From positions 128,001-192,000 of the forward strand of contig CAWCMR010000011.1 in assembly GCA_963796685.1 (NCBI GenBank): 64,000 nt of DNA. The letters are read 5' to 3'. Source of the stretch: an uncultured delta proteobacterium (GTDB taxonomy: Bacteria; Myxococcota_A; Polyangia; Fen-1088). Positions 20,611 to 29,974 of this stretch are shown here, in pieces. The first letter of the stretch is position 1; each line of letters begins with the position of its first letter. The position numbers and the translations under genes were made by a program. Below the pieces are notes generated by a model, which saw nothing but the letters and a program-made list of their open reading frames with translations, was not told where the DNA came from and did not search any database.

Positions 20611-20990
20611 TCACTGCATGGGCACTATCACGTCTACGGATCCCGACGTCACGGCGAGATTGACGTTGGTTCCGAGCAGGACGAGGGTGCCGGCGAAGGT
20701 GCCCGTCAGGTGGCCGAATCCGGCTGCCGGCGGGTCCATCGTGAACAAGCCAGAGCACGCCTGGGGGATGCTCCCCGTCAACCAAGTCCCGGTGGTGTTG
20801 CTCAAGCCGAAACCGAACGTTCCGCTGGCCGACGTCATCCCGCACGTGGTCGCTATGCTGGTCGTGCCCGGCGCAACGTAAATGTCCATGCTCAGCCCCT
20901 GGAAGTCCGGGACCGTGGCGGCGGTGCCGACCAGCGAGATGGCGAGGTTGCTCCCGAGATAGCGATTGTTGTCACCGCCGAGCCCGAGAA
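20611..20990 (-). pseudogene. 3' fragment of a secreted beta-rich hypothetical protein
   Basis: Coding-like T/G/S-rich sequence (LTGTFAGTL...GSVDV) with no credible start. Abuts a divergent ORF. Confidence 0.35.
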
Positions 20991-21483
20991 TGATCGTTCC
21001 CCGCTTCCTCGTGCCGTGGCTGGCGGCCGGGCTGGCTCTCGTGGCCGAGCCCGCGAAGGTCATCGCGGCCGCGGCAGAGCCGGATTTCGATCCGGCCACT
21101 GTCTACGCGGTCCGGTTCCAGCCGCCGGGTGCGGGGCTCGTGGAGACGGTTCGCAGCAACTTCAATTTTCTAGGCGTCAATTTGCTGGGCGGAGCGGTAG
21201 GGGTACGGTTCTCTCGATTGGTGGAGGGGGAAGTCGGAGGGATTCTGATGCAGGGATTGTGTGAGGGTGGAACATCTCTGTTTGCCCGCGCCGGGGTGTC
21301 GCCAAGTCTGCTCAAGGCGCGAGCCGAGGGCACGCATTGGAATCCGGCTTCAACCTGCGCTTGCTGTTCAGCATGGGCCCCGCATGGATGAAGGAGACCA
21401 GTGCATACGCAGCTAGCGCAACCTGGTCCGACCGGGAGCGGGTCATGGAGCTGGGTCTGACGATCGGCCTCGTTTTGCGATGA
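20990..21483 (+). CDS. Hypothetical exported protein, probably disrupted
   Basis: Signal peptide MIVPRFLVPWLAAGLALVA. Frame breaks near 21340-21390. Possible terminal strand LGLTIGLVLR before TGA at 21481-21483. Confidence 0.35.
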
Positions 21484-21506
21484 CCACGTCCTTTCCCTTT
21501 GGCTTC

Positions 21507-22964
21507 CTACTTCATCGTCAACAGTCCGGAGCCGCGGATGTACCTGCCGCCGAACAACATCTCCAGGATGGCTTGAATGCGCTGGTCGAAGATCTGGTGG
21601 CCGCCTAGCGCTTGAATCGCCAGGCGCATGCTGAAGTTGTAGCGCTCGACGATGATCTCCAAATCGAAGGGCTTGGCGCTGTGCATTTCTTCGATGACCT
21701 GCAGATCATGCTTCGCCGCGCGCAGCGCCTTCATCATCAGGATATCGTGGCGTTCGGGCACCCAAACCACGAGGTTGCGAAAGCGCAGGTCCGGCTTGTA
21801 GCGACGCTCTTCGTAGGAGACCGGTGCATAGGGCCCGGGTGCCTGCTCGAGCGGGATCTTGAGTGTCGTGCTGGAAACGAGCCGGACGATGCGCGCGTCG
21901 AACGGCGAAAGGCTGTTGATGTCCTTGGTCGCGCTCCGCGCTCCGTGGGCAAGCAACGCAGCCGCGCCACCGATGATCTCCATCACCACCGGCTCGTGGA
22001 GCATGCCGTCGATTTCGGTGAGAAATGCCAGGATCTGCTCGCGTCCGAAGGTCCTGTTTGTAGCAGCCTCCAGCCTGGCTTGCGGCGAACAGGGCTGGAC
22101 CTCGCTCGCGACCGCAGGGTCTCCGCGGGCCGACGTAAGCTGGGTCAGCACTTCGAGCATCGACGCCTGTCGTTCTGCCGGGGCCTTGGCCATCGCCTGC
22201 AGAATGATGGCTTCCACGGCGGGAGGAAGGTCGACCCGGTAGGTCGTGGGGGCGACGGGCTCGTCGGCGATGTGCTTGCTGATGACGACGAAAAGACCAT
22301 CGCCATCGAAGGGGCGCTTGCCGGCCACCATCTCGTACAAGATCACACCCAGGGAATAGATGTCGCTGCGGGAGTCGATGTCCTTCAGGCTCAGACACTG
22401 CTCGGGCGACATGTAGAGAGGCGTGCCGAGAAGGGCACCGGTTTGGGTCTTGTGGACTTGCTCCAGCGTTCGCCGTTGCAGCTTGGCGATGCCAAAATCC
22501 AGGACCTTCACTTGCTTCCTGCCTGGACGGCGTGGATCCGCGACCAAGAAGAGATTGTCGGGTTTCACATCGCGATGGATCACGCCGTGGGCGTGGGCCG
22601 CGGCCAGCGCCTCGGCCACCTGGCTTCCCCAGTCGAGCACGTCATCCAGCGCGACTGGACCGCGGTCGAGCACCTGCTTGAGCGTTTCACCCTCGAGGTA
22701 CTCCATCACGATGTACGGAGAGCCCCCCTCGATCAGGCCCGAGTCGTAGATGTCCACGATGTTGGGATGGCGAATGGCATTGGCGGCGCGGGCCTCGGTG
22801 ATGAAGCGGCTGACGATCTGCGTATCCTCGGCATCGCCCGCGGACAGCACCTTGATCGCGGCGTGGCGGCCTATGCCGGGATGGACGGCCAGGTACACCC
22901 TTCCCATCCCGCCTTCTGCGATAAGACGCTGGACTTCGTAGTTGCCGATGGTCGTCCCAATCAC
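21507..22964 (-). CDS. Hanks-type Ser/Thr kinase fused to a DUF6036-like nucleotidyltransferase domain
   Basis: GGMGRVY, AIK, HRDVKPDN, DFG and GTPLYMSPEQ kinase motifs. C-terminal IIGGAAALLAHGARSATKDIN...MKALRAAKHD. Confidence 0.8.
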   Translation of the reverse strand: MIGTTIGNYEVQRLIAEGGMGRVYLAVHPGIGRHAAIKVLSAGDAEDTQIVSRFITEARAANAIRHPNIVDIYDSGLIEGGSPYIVMEYLEGETLKQVLDRGPVALDDVLDWGSQVAEALAAAHAHGVIHRDVKPDNLFLVADPRRPGRKQVKVLDFGIAKLQRRTLEQVHKTQTGALLGTPLYMSPEQCLSLKDIDSRSDIYSLGVILYEMVAGKRPFDGDGLFVVISKHIADEPVAPTTYRVDLPPAVEAIILQAMAKAPAERQASMLEVLTQLTSARGDPAVASEVQPCSPQARLEAATNRTFGREQILAFLTEIDGMLHEPVVMEIIGGAAALLAHGARSATKDINSLSPFDARIVRLVSSTTLKIPLEQAPGPYAPVSYEERRYKPDLRFRNLVVWVPERHDILMMKALRAAKHDLQVIEEMHSAKPFDLEIIVERYNFSMRLAIQALGGHQIFDQRIQAILEMLFGGRYIRGSGLLTMK

Positions 22965-23192
22965 GCGCGAATAGGCTGCAGTATCGGCGCGATCCGAACC
23001 GTCTGCAACACGATCCCTGGCAAGGAGAGGCCGCACGCGCAGGTTCACGATCTTCTGCCCGCTCGCCGACTGGCGAGACCGGGCCGCTTCCGCGCCCCGT
23101 GGGGGGGGGCAGAGTCTTCCTCCCCGACCTTGCCAATCGTCGAATGCAGAGCCTGCATTGACTAAACTTCATCTTCTCTGTAGGAACAATGG

Positions 23193-24032
23193 ATGATCTT
23201 CACGCGTACGGCTGCTCCGGTCCTCATGGCCTTGCTTTCCTTGGCGACGGTTGGGTGCGGCTCTTCCGAGAGCGGGGCAGACGGTGCTAGGAGCTCGAAA
23301 GACGGCGGGGTCGTGGGCTCGGGCGGGCAGGTTGGTGGTGGGGGTGATGCGTCCGGCACGGGGGGAGTTGGCGGCAGCTCCACCGGTACCGTTGCGATCA
23401 GCGTGCCCGGCCTCGGCGCCGCTGGATTCAATTACACACAGGGAAGCTATCTCATCGGCTTCGTATTCCGGGCGAACACCGCTATCAGCATCACCCAACT
23501 GGGCTACTACGACTCCAACCTGACCGGCGGCGTTGAGACGTTTCAGCCGCATGCGGTCGGAGTGTACGAGCTGAGCACGCACACTCTTCTGGGGTCGGCG
23601 ACGGTGCAGCCATCCGACCCGGTGACCGGAGTCTTCCACTATGTTTCGCTGACCACTCCCATTGCGCTCAATACGACGGGTACCTACGCGATTGTCGGAG
23701 TCACAGGCACCGACAAGTATTCGGTCGGGATAACTGCAAAGGAGGCGCCGGTGAACGCGGCGATCACCTATTTGAGCGGCGCCGGCTACGGCCCAAGCAA
23801 CAACAACGCCACGATGACCAGCACACTCGTTGAGCCCAACGCCTTCGACGCGGGAAACATCTTCGGTCAGCCTGTTCCGACCGGCACTCTCTGCGACTTC
23901 GGACCCAACTTCATGTTCGTGCCGAGCTCAGGTGGCAGCGATGCTGGCGTGGACACCTCCACCCCAACTCCTTTGGATTCTGCGGCCACCAGCGACAGCC
24001 CGGCCGCCAGCCTGGACAGCTCGACCGGTTAG
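23193..24032 (+). CDS. Lipoprotein with DUF4082-like beta domain
   Basis: Lipobox TVGC, Gly-rich linker, GFVFRANTAISITQLGYYD...HAVGVY motif. Confidence 0.65.
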   Translation: MIFTRTAAPVLMALLSLATVGCGSSESGADGARSSKDGGVVGSGGQVGGGGDASGTGGVGGSSTGTVAISVPGLGAAGFNYTQGSYLIGFVFRANTAISITQLGYYDSNLTGGVETFQPHAVGVYELSTHTLLGSATVQPSDPVTGVFHYVSLTTPIALNTTGTYAIVGVTGTDKYSVGITAKEAPVNAAITYLSGAGYGPSNNNATMTSTLVEPNAFDAGNIFGQPVPTGTLCDFGPNFMFVPSSGGSDAGVDTSTPTPLDSAATSDSPAASLDSSTG

Positions 24033-24096
24033 GGCGGAAGGCAGCACAGCCCTCGCCTGTGCTCTTCTCGTGTTTCTGGGCAGACTCGCACGCCCC

Positions 24097-24250
24097 TCAT
24101 TTCGACGAGGCTCGCAGCCGTCCTTCGAGTCGATCCAGGACTTCACTCCAGGGTCTTGCCTCGTTGGCATCACCAGCCCGATGGGCGGCCAAGCGTTCTA
24201 GTGCAGCGGAACCTGATCGGCGCTGGCCACGATCCGATCCCATAGAGCCT
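24097..24250 (-). pseudogene. Duplicated 3' fragment of addiction-module antitoxin
   Basis: Near-copy of 28051-28225 with an internal deletion. Fused in frame to the HEPN gene. Confidence 0.75.
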
Positions 24251-24497
24251 GGTCATGAGCCAGGACATCGCGCAGACCTGCGATGCCTCGCCATTCCACG
24301 ATGGGGTAGCGCCCTCTCACCTCGGCAGGGATCCCTTTCGCTGCCTCTCCCAAGACGAAGAGGTTGAACATGACGGCGTCCAGAATTTGTTGGTTGGAGG
24401 CCAAGCTCGCCGCGTCCGGGATGCCCGTGGCGTATGCGTGCGCCCTTGTGGCCGCAGCGAGCATGTCGCGCAGACGGATGAGGTAGTCACGCGACAT
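24198..24497 (-). pseudogene. HEPN (DUF86/HepT) ribonuclease toxin, truncated and chimeric
   Basis: [18 protein letters not shown]...[13 protein letters not shown] (Rx4H), then switches to antitoxin sequence [15 protein letters not shown]. Confidence 0.8.
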
Positions 24498-24778
24498 GGA
24501 TGGCTTCGCGCTCGACACGCTCACGTAGCTCGGTCCTCAGGGCCCGCTCTGTTACCAAGTCCACGCGGCGACCAAGCAAGTCCTCGAAGAAAGTGCTTCA
24601 GACCCATGTAGTGGCCGAACGTGGCCGCGCCCCGGAAGGACACCAACAGGTCGACGTCGCTCTGCTCGTGGTCCTCGTCGCGAGCCACGGAGCCGAACAG
24701 CAACAGGGACTGCACGTCGAAACGCGGAAGCTCGCCCGCGTGGGACCGAATGGTTTTGATGATTCGCTCGCGTTGCAT
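24487..24778 (-). CDS. MNT (minimal nucleotidyltransferase) antitoxin, frameshift at ~24590
   Basis: LFGSVARDE...SDVDLLV, continuing in another frame as [17 protein letters not shown]...EAIHVA*. Confidence 0.85.
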
Positions 24779-24857
24779 GACCTTGGGAAGAGTGTACGTC
24801 GCACGCGATGGAAGGCCAAGGCCAAGGCCAGGCTCGTCGCGGACCTGTCCTTGCCGC

Positions 24858-24921
24858 CCTCTTGACACGTTCGCATATTCCAATAACAATTCGTGTCACT
24901 TGCCCGCCACGGAGGCGCCTG
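24858..24921 (+). promoter_or_regulatory. Repeated sigma70-like promoter plus leader module, copy A
   Basis: TTGACA-17 nt-AACAAT followed by CACTTGCCCGCCACGGAGGCG. Also found at 28359 and 31921. Confidence 0.65.
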
Positions 24922-25003
24922 TAAACACTCGTGGCATACCGCCAAGGCGTCGATATCGCCGCACGGGTGCGAGACGCCCTCTCTGGATCCCTGACGCCAT
25001 CGC

Positions 25004-25991
25004 ATGAACCTGGTCGATTCACTCTGTGCCCACGCGAGCCCGGTGGTTGCCTTTCGGGCAAGGCGGCTGCTCGGCGGCGAGTCGGAGCGCTCGTCCGCCT
25101 TGCGCAAGCTGCGCCGGGCGATCGGCTCGTCGGAGATGGCGACGCGTCTCCTGATGGCTCTGCACGGCGAGCGCTTCAACCCCTACCGCAAGTGGCAGGG
25201 GCCGCACTGGACGTTGTACTCGCTGGCGGAGATCGGGTTCCCTGCCGGGGATCAGAGGCTGCTTCCCCTGCGCCAACGCGTGATCGACTGGATGTTCGCG
25301 CCAGCCTTCCTGAAGGCACCAAGCACGGTGGTCTTCCCAGGCCAGCCCAAACGACCGCGGCACTGCGCATCGATGGAAGGCAACACCCTCTGGTCGCAGC
25401 TCGTGTTGGGCATCGTCGATGACGAGCACGTGCCGCTTCTCGTGGACCGCCTGATCGCCTTCCAGTGGCCGGACGGAGGATGGAACTGCGACAAGCGACA
25501 GGACGCGTGCGTATCCTCCGTGCAAGAGACGCTGCTCCCGCTTCGGGGACTGGCCGCGTGGGCCCGTGCCACGGGAGACGAGCGAGCGCGGGGGGCCGCG
25601 AAGCGCGCGGCGGAGCTCCTGCTCGATCGGCGCCTGCTCTGGCGCAGGCGGGATGGCGTGCTCATCGGGCCCGAGTGGGGAGGTCCCGTCGACAAGGTCC
25701 ACCAAGGTCCACTATCCCATCCGGTTCTACGACGTGCTGAGTGCGCTGCTCGTGATGACGGAGATGGGCGTCGTTCGCGATCGGCGCTGCCAGGATGCCC
25801 TCGATCTCCTGGAACGGAAGCGTCTCGCCGACGGCTCGTTCCCGGTCGAGTGGACCAACGTGAAGCAGGCCGACCGGATCGAGACCCGCGCGACCTTTGC
25901 CGACTGGGGCCCGCTCCACAAGAAGAAGGGCAATCCCCTGGTGACCGTGGACGCGCTCTACGTGCTCAGGGAGGCCGGCCGAGTAGGGTGA
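25004..25991 (+). pseudogene. Prenyltransferase/squalene-cyclase-like alpha/alpha-barrel protein, frameshifted by a 10-bp duplication
   Basis: PYRKWQGPHW, QWPDGGWNCD and HYPIRFYDVL motifs. CAAGGTCCAC is tandemly duplicated at 25693-25712. Confidence 0.7.
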
Positions 25992-26029
25992 AGCGGAGGT
26001 AGCCACGCGACCTGGTACGGGGCGAAGGT

Positions 26030-26082
26030 CGTGGCTGTGGCCGTGGCCGACGTGATCTTGTTCGGCCAAGGCCACGGCCACG
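26030..26082. repeat. GC-rich hairpin (GTGGCC/GGCCAC hexamer palindrome)
   Basis: CGTGGCTGTGGCCGTGGCCGA pairs with TCGGCCAAGGCCACGGCCACG. Confidence 0.6.
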
Positions 26083-26294
26083 TGGACGACCACGAAAACG
26101 ACCGCCCTTCGTCGCTCCTCTGGGGGCAAGCATCGGGCGTGGAAAGGGGGCTCCTTCTGAAGCCGTCACAGCAGAGCCACCGAGGCGACGAGACCGAAGA
26201 AGAAACCTCCGCGCTTCTTGCCGAGCTTCATGACTTTCCGAGGATTGGCCGATGCCTCACCGACCGTGATGCTGCGGGGGAGAACGATTCCTTC

Positions 26295-26474
26295 TTAAGG
26301 CGCCTTCTTGGCCGTCCCGGCACGCCTGGGTGGCAGGTTCACGACCTTCCGTCCGCTCGCCGCCTGGCGAGACCTAGCTGCTTCCGCGATCTTGCGCAGG
26401 TCATCGTTGGACGTCTTCGCAATCGCCTCGCGAATGGCGTGAATCTCCTCGATGATGGGATCGGATAGTGGCAT
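26295..26474 (-). CDS. Small TA-associated protein (DPIIEEIHAIRE type), orphan
   Basis: SDPIIEEIHAIREAIAK motif typical of small partners of PIN toxins. Fragments recur at ~23039-23095 and ~27905-27955. Confidence 0.6.
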   Translation of the reverse strand: MPLSDPIIEEIHAIREAIAKTSNDDLRKIAEAARSRQAASGRKVVNLPPRRAGTAKKAP

Positions 26475-26534
26475 CGGCCTAGTCTCTGCCAAGGATGTTG
26501 CCTGTACGGCGGAATGGAATCCAGCAGGGAAATG

Positions 26535-27215
26535 TCATCGAGTGCCGTTCTTCTCGAGGGAGAACCGAACGAGGTCTCCCATATAGACCGCATAGACCTT
26601 GGCAGCCTGCTCATCGACCCAGATATCGTTGGTTCGAAGAGCCAGCCCGTGCAGCACGCGGACGGGCGTGAAGGTAAACTGCTTTAGATCGTAGCGCCCG
26701 ATGACCGACTTCCCCTTCTGCCAGTCAGCCGACGAGGCCCAGATCTTCCCTGAAGCCGTGGCCTGGAGCGGATTCACCAGCTCATACGGCAGCGGCTCGA
26801 AGTTACCTTCAACCTTCTTCACCGCGCCCGATCCCGAATCGAGCAGGTAGTATTCGGCACTCTCCGGGCCCTGGAAATTCCAATCGCTGGGAAGTCCCCG
26901 CGGATCCGCGCGTGCGCGTTTCACCAGGATCCCTCCTGGGGTCGGCAGCATGGGCAGCATCTCATTGGCGGTGGGGATTTCGACGCGGCTCAACTCTCTG
27001 GTCTGAAGGTCGATCCGCGCGAAGTAGCTCGAGTGCCCCCATGAACGGAGATCCGTTTTGTCGACGACGATGGCTCTCCCATCGAGCGAAACAAGCGGCG
27101 TTGACATCTTCCCTGCGACAACCAAGTCGACTTGGCCGCCCGGGGACACGCGCCAGAGCCCCTCTTTCTCCTCTAGCTCGCCAACGATGTACCGGAAACC
27201 GCCGTATTCGCTGGC
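26535..27215 (-). pseudogene. C-terminal beta-propeller fragment of a larger protein
   Basis: Coding-like propeller blades (GLWRV, PLVSLDGR, IWVDEQAAKVYAVYMGDLVRF). 5' end replaced by the HEPN remnant. Confidence 0.5.
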
Positions 27216-27221
27216 CCCGCC

Positions 27222-27313
27222 ATTGCGTCGAACCGCTCGCGCGTTCGGGCTTGTTCCTGGATGGCAGCGATGGCTTCCAGGATGTCGAGCAAGCGGTCGC
27301 AATCGGCTCTCAC
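27222..27313 (-). pseudogene. HEPN toxin 5' remnant
   Basis: GTG start overlapping the MNT stop: MRADCDRLLDILEAIAAIQE..., truncated after ~30 codons. Confidence 0.65.
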
Positions 27314-27606
27314 AGGACCACAGCGTCGGCAAGAACCCGCTCACGAAACCGATCGCCGAGGCCCCGCGCACTGACCACGTCGACCCGGCAACCCAGGACG
27401 GCCTCCAGATCCAGCACGAGCTCACCATGGTCCATGAGGCTGCGCCCACTATCAAAGTCGACCACCAGGTCAAGGTCGCTGCCCGCGACCGCATCGCCAC
27501 GGGCGACCGAGCCAAACACCCGCACATTGCGTGCACCATGACGACTCGCCAGCGCGAGTATCTGATCCCTGCGCTCTCGAAGATGGTCGAGCGTCAGTCC
27601 CGGCAT
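27310..27606 (-). CDS. MNT nucleotidyltransferase antitoxin
   Basis: RHGARNVRVFGSVARGD...SDLDLVV...LEAVLGCRVDVV. Confidence 0.9.
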   Translation of the reverse strand: MPGLTLDHLRERRDQILALASRHGARNVRVFGSVARGDAVAGSDLDLVVDFDSGRSLMDHGELVLDLEAVLGCRVDVVSARGLGDRFRERVLADAVVL

Positions 27607-27954
27607 CTGCTTCACCCGATCACTAGGCTACGCCGCTCCGAGCGCTGGCGCAACTGCCCCACGACGTCGTCGACGTCGTGTCCCCCACGACGTTCGCCGG
27701 AGGTCGGGACGTCGAACCGGCGGCAGCTCACGGGCACGACCATCGGCTCGCGCGCACACGGCGGCCTGGCAGAATCGTCGAAAGCCTTCACGAAGGCCAT
27801 TTGTCGAGGACACGAACACGCAAGCTCATCGAGTGCGCGTGTTCCATGAGGAATCCGAGCACGCCGGTGTCGGGCGAGGATTGGCCCACGGAACACCGGC
27901 CGTGACATCGCCTCGCGAATGGCGTGAATCTCGTCGACGATGGGATCGGATAGC

Positions 27955-28055
27955 TCGATAAATTCACCACCAAGACCCGACTGTTCGCGGTCGTACCACA
28001 GCGCTGCCTCGAACATGTCCAACTCCGCTTCTGGGCGGACACGGAGCGCTCTCAT
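27955..28055 (-). pseudogene. ParE/RelE toxin 5' remnant
   Basis: MRALRVRPEAELDMFEAALWYDREQSGLGGEFIE, then fused to a DPIVDEIHAIRE fragment. Confidence 0.75.
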
Positions 28056-28300
28056 TTCGACGAGGCTCGCAGCCGCCCTTCGAGTCGGTCCAGGACTTCA
28101 CCCCATGGCCTCGCCTCGTTGACATCACCAGCCCGATGGGCGGCCAAGCGTTCCTCAAGGATCTGACGCTGCCACTCGTGCAGCGGAACCTGGTCGGCGC
28201 TGGCCGCGATGCAGTCCCAAAGCGATTGCACATAGTCGATCTTGTCCTCGACCGTGAGCTCGTCGAATCCTGAAGGCGGCATGGGCAATGGCTGGGGCAT
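28052..28300 (-). CDS. Addiction-module antitoxin (TIGR02574-like)
   Basis: LTVEDKIDYVQSLWDCI...WQRQILEERL...PWGEV. Overlaps the ParE start. Confidence 0.85.
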   Translation of the reverse strand: MPQPLPMPPSGFDELTVEDKIDYVQSLWDCIAASADQVPLHEWQRQILEERLAAHRAGDVNEARPWGEVLDRLEGRLRASSK

Positions 28301-28358
28301 GACCAGAGTATACAGCGCCAGGTTCGTGCAAGGCACCGCCTAACGGGCCTTCGTCACT

Positions 28359-28422
28359 CCTCTTGACACGCTCCGCCTCTCCCGATAACAAGCCGTCTCA
28401 CTTGCCCGCCACGGAGGCGCCT
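28359..28422 (+). promoter_or_regulatory. Repeated promoter plus leader module, copy B
   Basis: CCTCTTGACACG...GATAACAA...CACTTGCCCGCCACGGAGGCGCCT. Confidence 0.65.
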
Positions 28423-28427
28423 AAAAC

Positions 28428-28486
28428 CACCTCGCCCCGCGCAGCGGGGAGAGGTCGCCGAGCGCAGCGAGGCGGGTGAGGGGCTG
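28428..28486. repeat. REP-like repeat, family A (inverted copy)
   Basis: Reverse complement nearly identical to 41414-41472. Confidence 0.8.
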
Positions 28487-28499
28487 CCCCGGTGTGGTA

Positions 28500-28908
28500 C
28501 AGGACGGTCTCGCGGCACGCCTGTTTCCGTTCGTGCGCACCGGCGACAGCGACGAACCCAGGGCCATCGTGGTCGCCCCCCGGATTCTCGTTCGGCAGGC
28601 CGGTCTTGGCGAAAACCGGCATCCCGGCCAGCACGGTGGTCAGTCGCCTCAAGGCTGGAGAGTCCCTGGACTCGATAGCGTCCGACTACGGCATCACCCC
28701 CGAACAAGTCACCGATGCCATCCGCTGCGCACTCCCGGCCGCTGCCTGAGCCTTGGGTCTTCTTCCTCGACCGCCCCCTTGGGGCCGCCTGGTGTTCGAA
28801 GCACTGCGCGCCATCGGCGAAACCGTCGAGGCACACGACACCCACTTCTCCAAGAATGCGACTGACGTGGAATGGCGGGGCGTCGTCGGGCGCAAAGAAT
28901 GGGTCTAG
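28500..28908 (+). pseudogene. DUF433 antitoxin 3' remnant plus VapC45-like PIN 5' remnant
   Basis: SFGRPVLAKTGIP...AGESLDSIASDYGI...AIR, followed by FFLDRPLG / EALRAIGETVEAH...DVEW...GRKEWV, frameshifted and truncated. Confidence 0.65.
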
Positions 28909-29043
28909 GAGCAAGTAATTCCGGCCTTCACGGGCCGAAGCAAGGAAGACACCTCCTCCTGGCGAAACCGGGAGGAGGTGGCGCCACCGACCATCTTGCT
29001 GGCGCACAGACGGCAGCCCTGGCAGAATCTCTGGGAGACGAAC

Positions 29044-29295
29044 ATGCAGGCCCACCGAGTGCATGTCACCATTCCCGAAGACCACAAGGTCATGATCGAA
29101 GTTCCCGCGGAAGTGCCCACGGGCGACGCCGAGGTAATCGTACTGTCCAGCGCATCCCTGGGCGCGCCCCAGCCTGCCGACACAACCTTCGCCGCGCGTT
29201 TTCGTCCAAACCCGGCCTTGGGGCCGATTGTATTCCATGAGGATCCGACCACGCCATTGTCGGAAGAAGATTGGCCTTCGGATCTGCGGCCGTGA
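29044..29295 (+). CDS. Putative antitoxin
   Basis: VTIPEDHKVMIEVPAEVPTGDAEVIVL...DPTTPLSEEDW. GTGA overlap with the PIN gene. Confidence 0.7.
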   Translation: MQAHRVHVTIPEDHKVMIEVPAEVPTGDAEVIVLSSASLGAPQPADTTFAARFRPNPALGPIVFHEDPTTPLSEEDWPSDLRP

Positions 29296-29677
29296 CGCCG
29301 GTCGTTCTCGACACCTGCGTGCTTTGGCTCGCCGGCCAGCAGGATTCGCTGAGCGCAAACGCTCGTGGCGTTCTTGCCGACCCGACCGTGGCATTGCACG
29401 TTCCGCCATCTCGGCCTGGGAGATCGCAATCAAGTCGCGGAAGGGGAAGCTTGCGTTACCCAGCGCAACGGAAGCTTGGTGGCAAACCTTCCTAAACAGC
29501 TTCGGCGTGCATGAGGTTGCCGTGACCGGAGCCATCGCGATGGGTGCAGTCGCCGAAGAACTTCCCCACGGAGATCGAGCCGATCGCATAGTTGTGGCAA
29601 CTGCTCGCAGCCTCGGCGCAAAACTTCTGACCGCGGACAAGATCCTGCGAGAGACGATCCCCTTCGTGGTTTGGTAG
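29292..29677 (+). CDS. vapC: VapC PIN toxin with frameshift at ~29401
   Basis: VLDTCVLW in one frame; SAISAWEIAIK, HGDRADRIVVATA and LLTAD in the next. Confidence 0.8.
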
Positions 29678-29974
29678 CGTCGTCGGCGACACCGACAGCA
29701 ACATCGGTGGCCGCCAAGGGCCGGGCATGGTTCCCATCCGCGACCATGGTCCGTGCGACGAAGGGGTAGGGTTGTTTTTTTTTGTGACCATCACCGATGT
29801 CCCGGTCATCGCGAGATCCTGACCGCATCGCCGGGGATGGATGCTCTCAGGCTCATCCGCCAATCTCCAGGAGGTACCTGGCGTTCGCGACACTTTGTCG
29901 CGAGGAGTGTCGCGAGAACCGGGCGGCGATGGCGCGAATCGCCTCGCGACAGAGTGTGGTGAGAAGTGTCGCGC

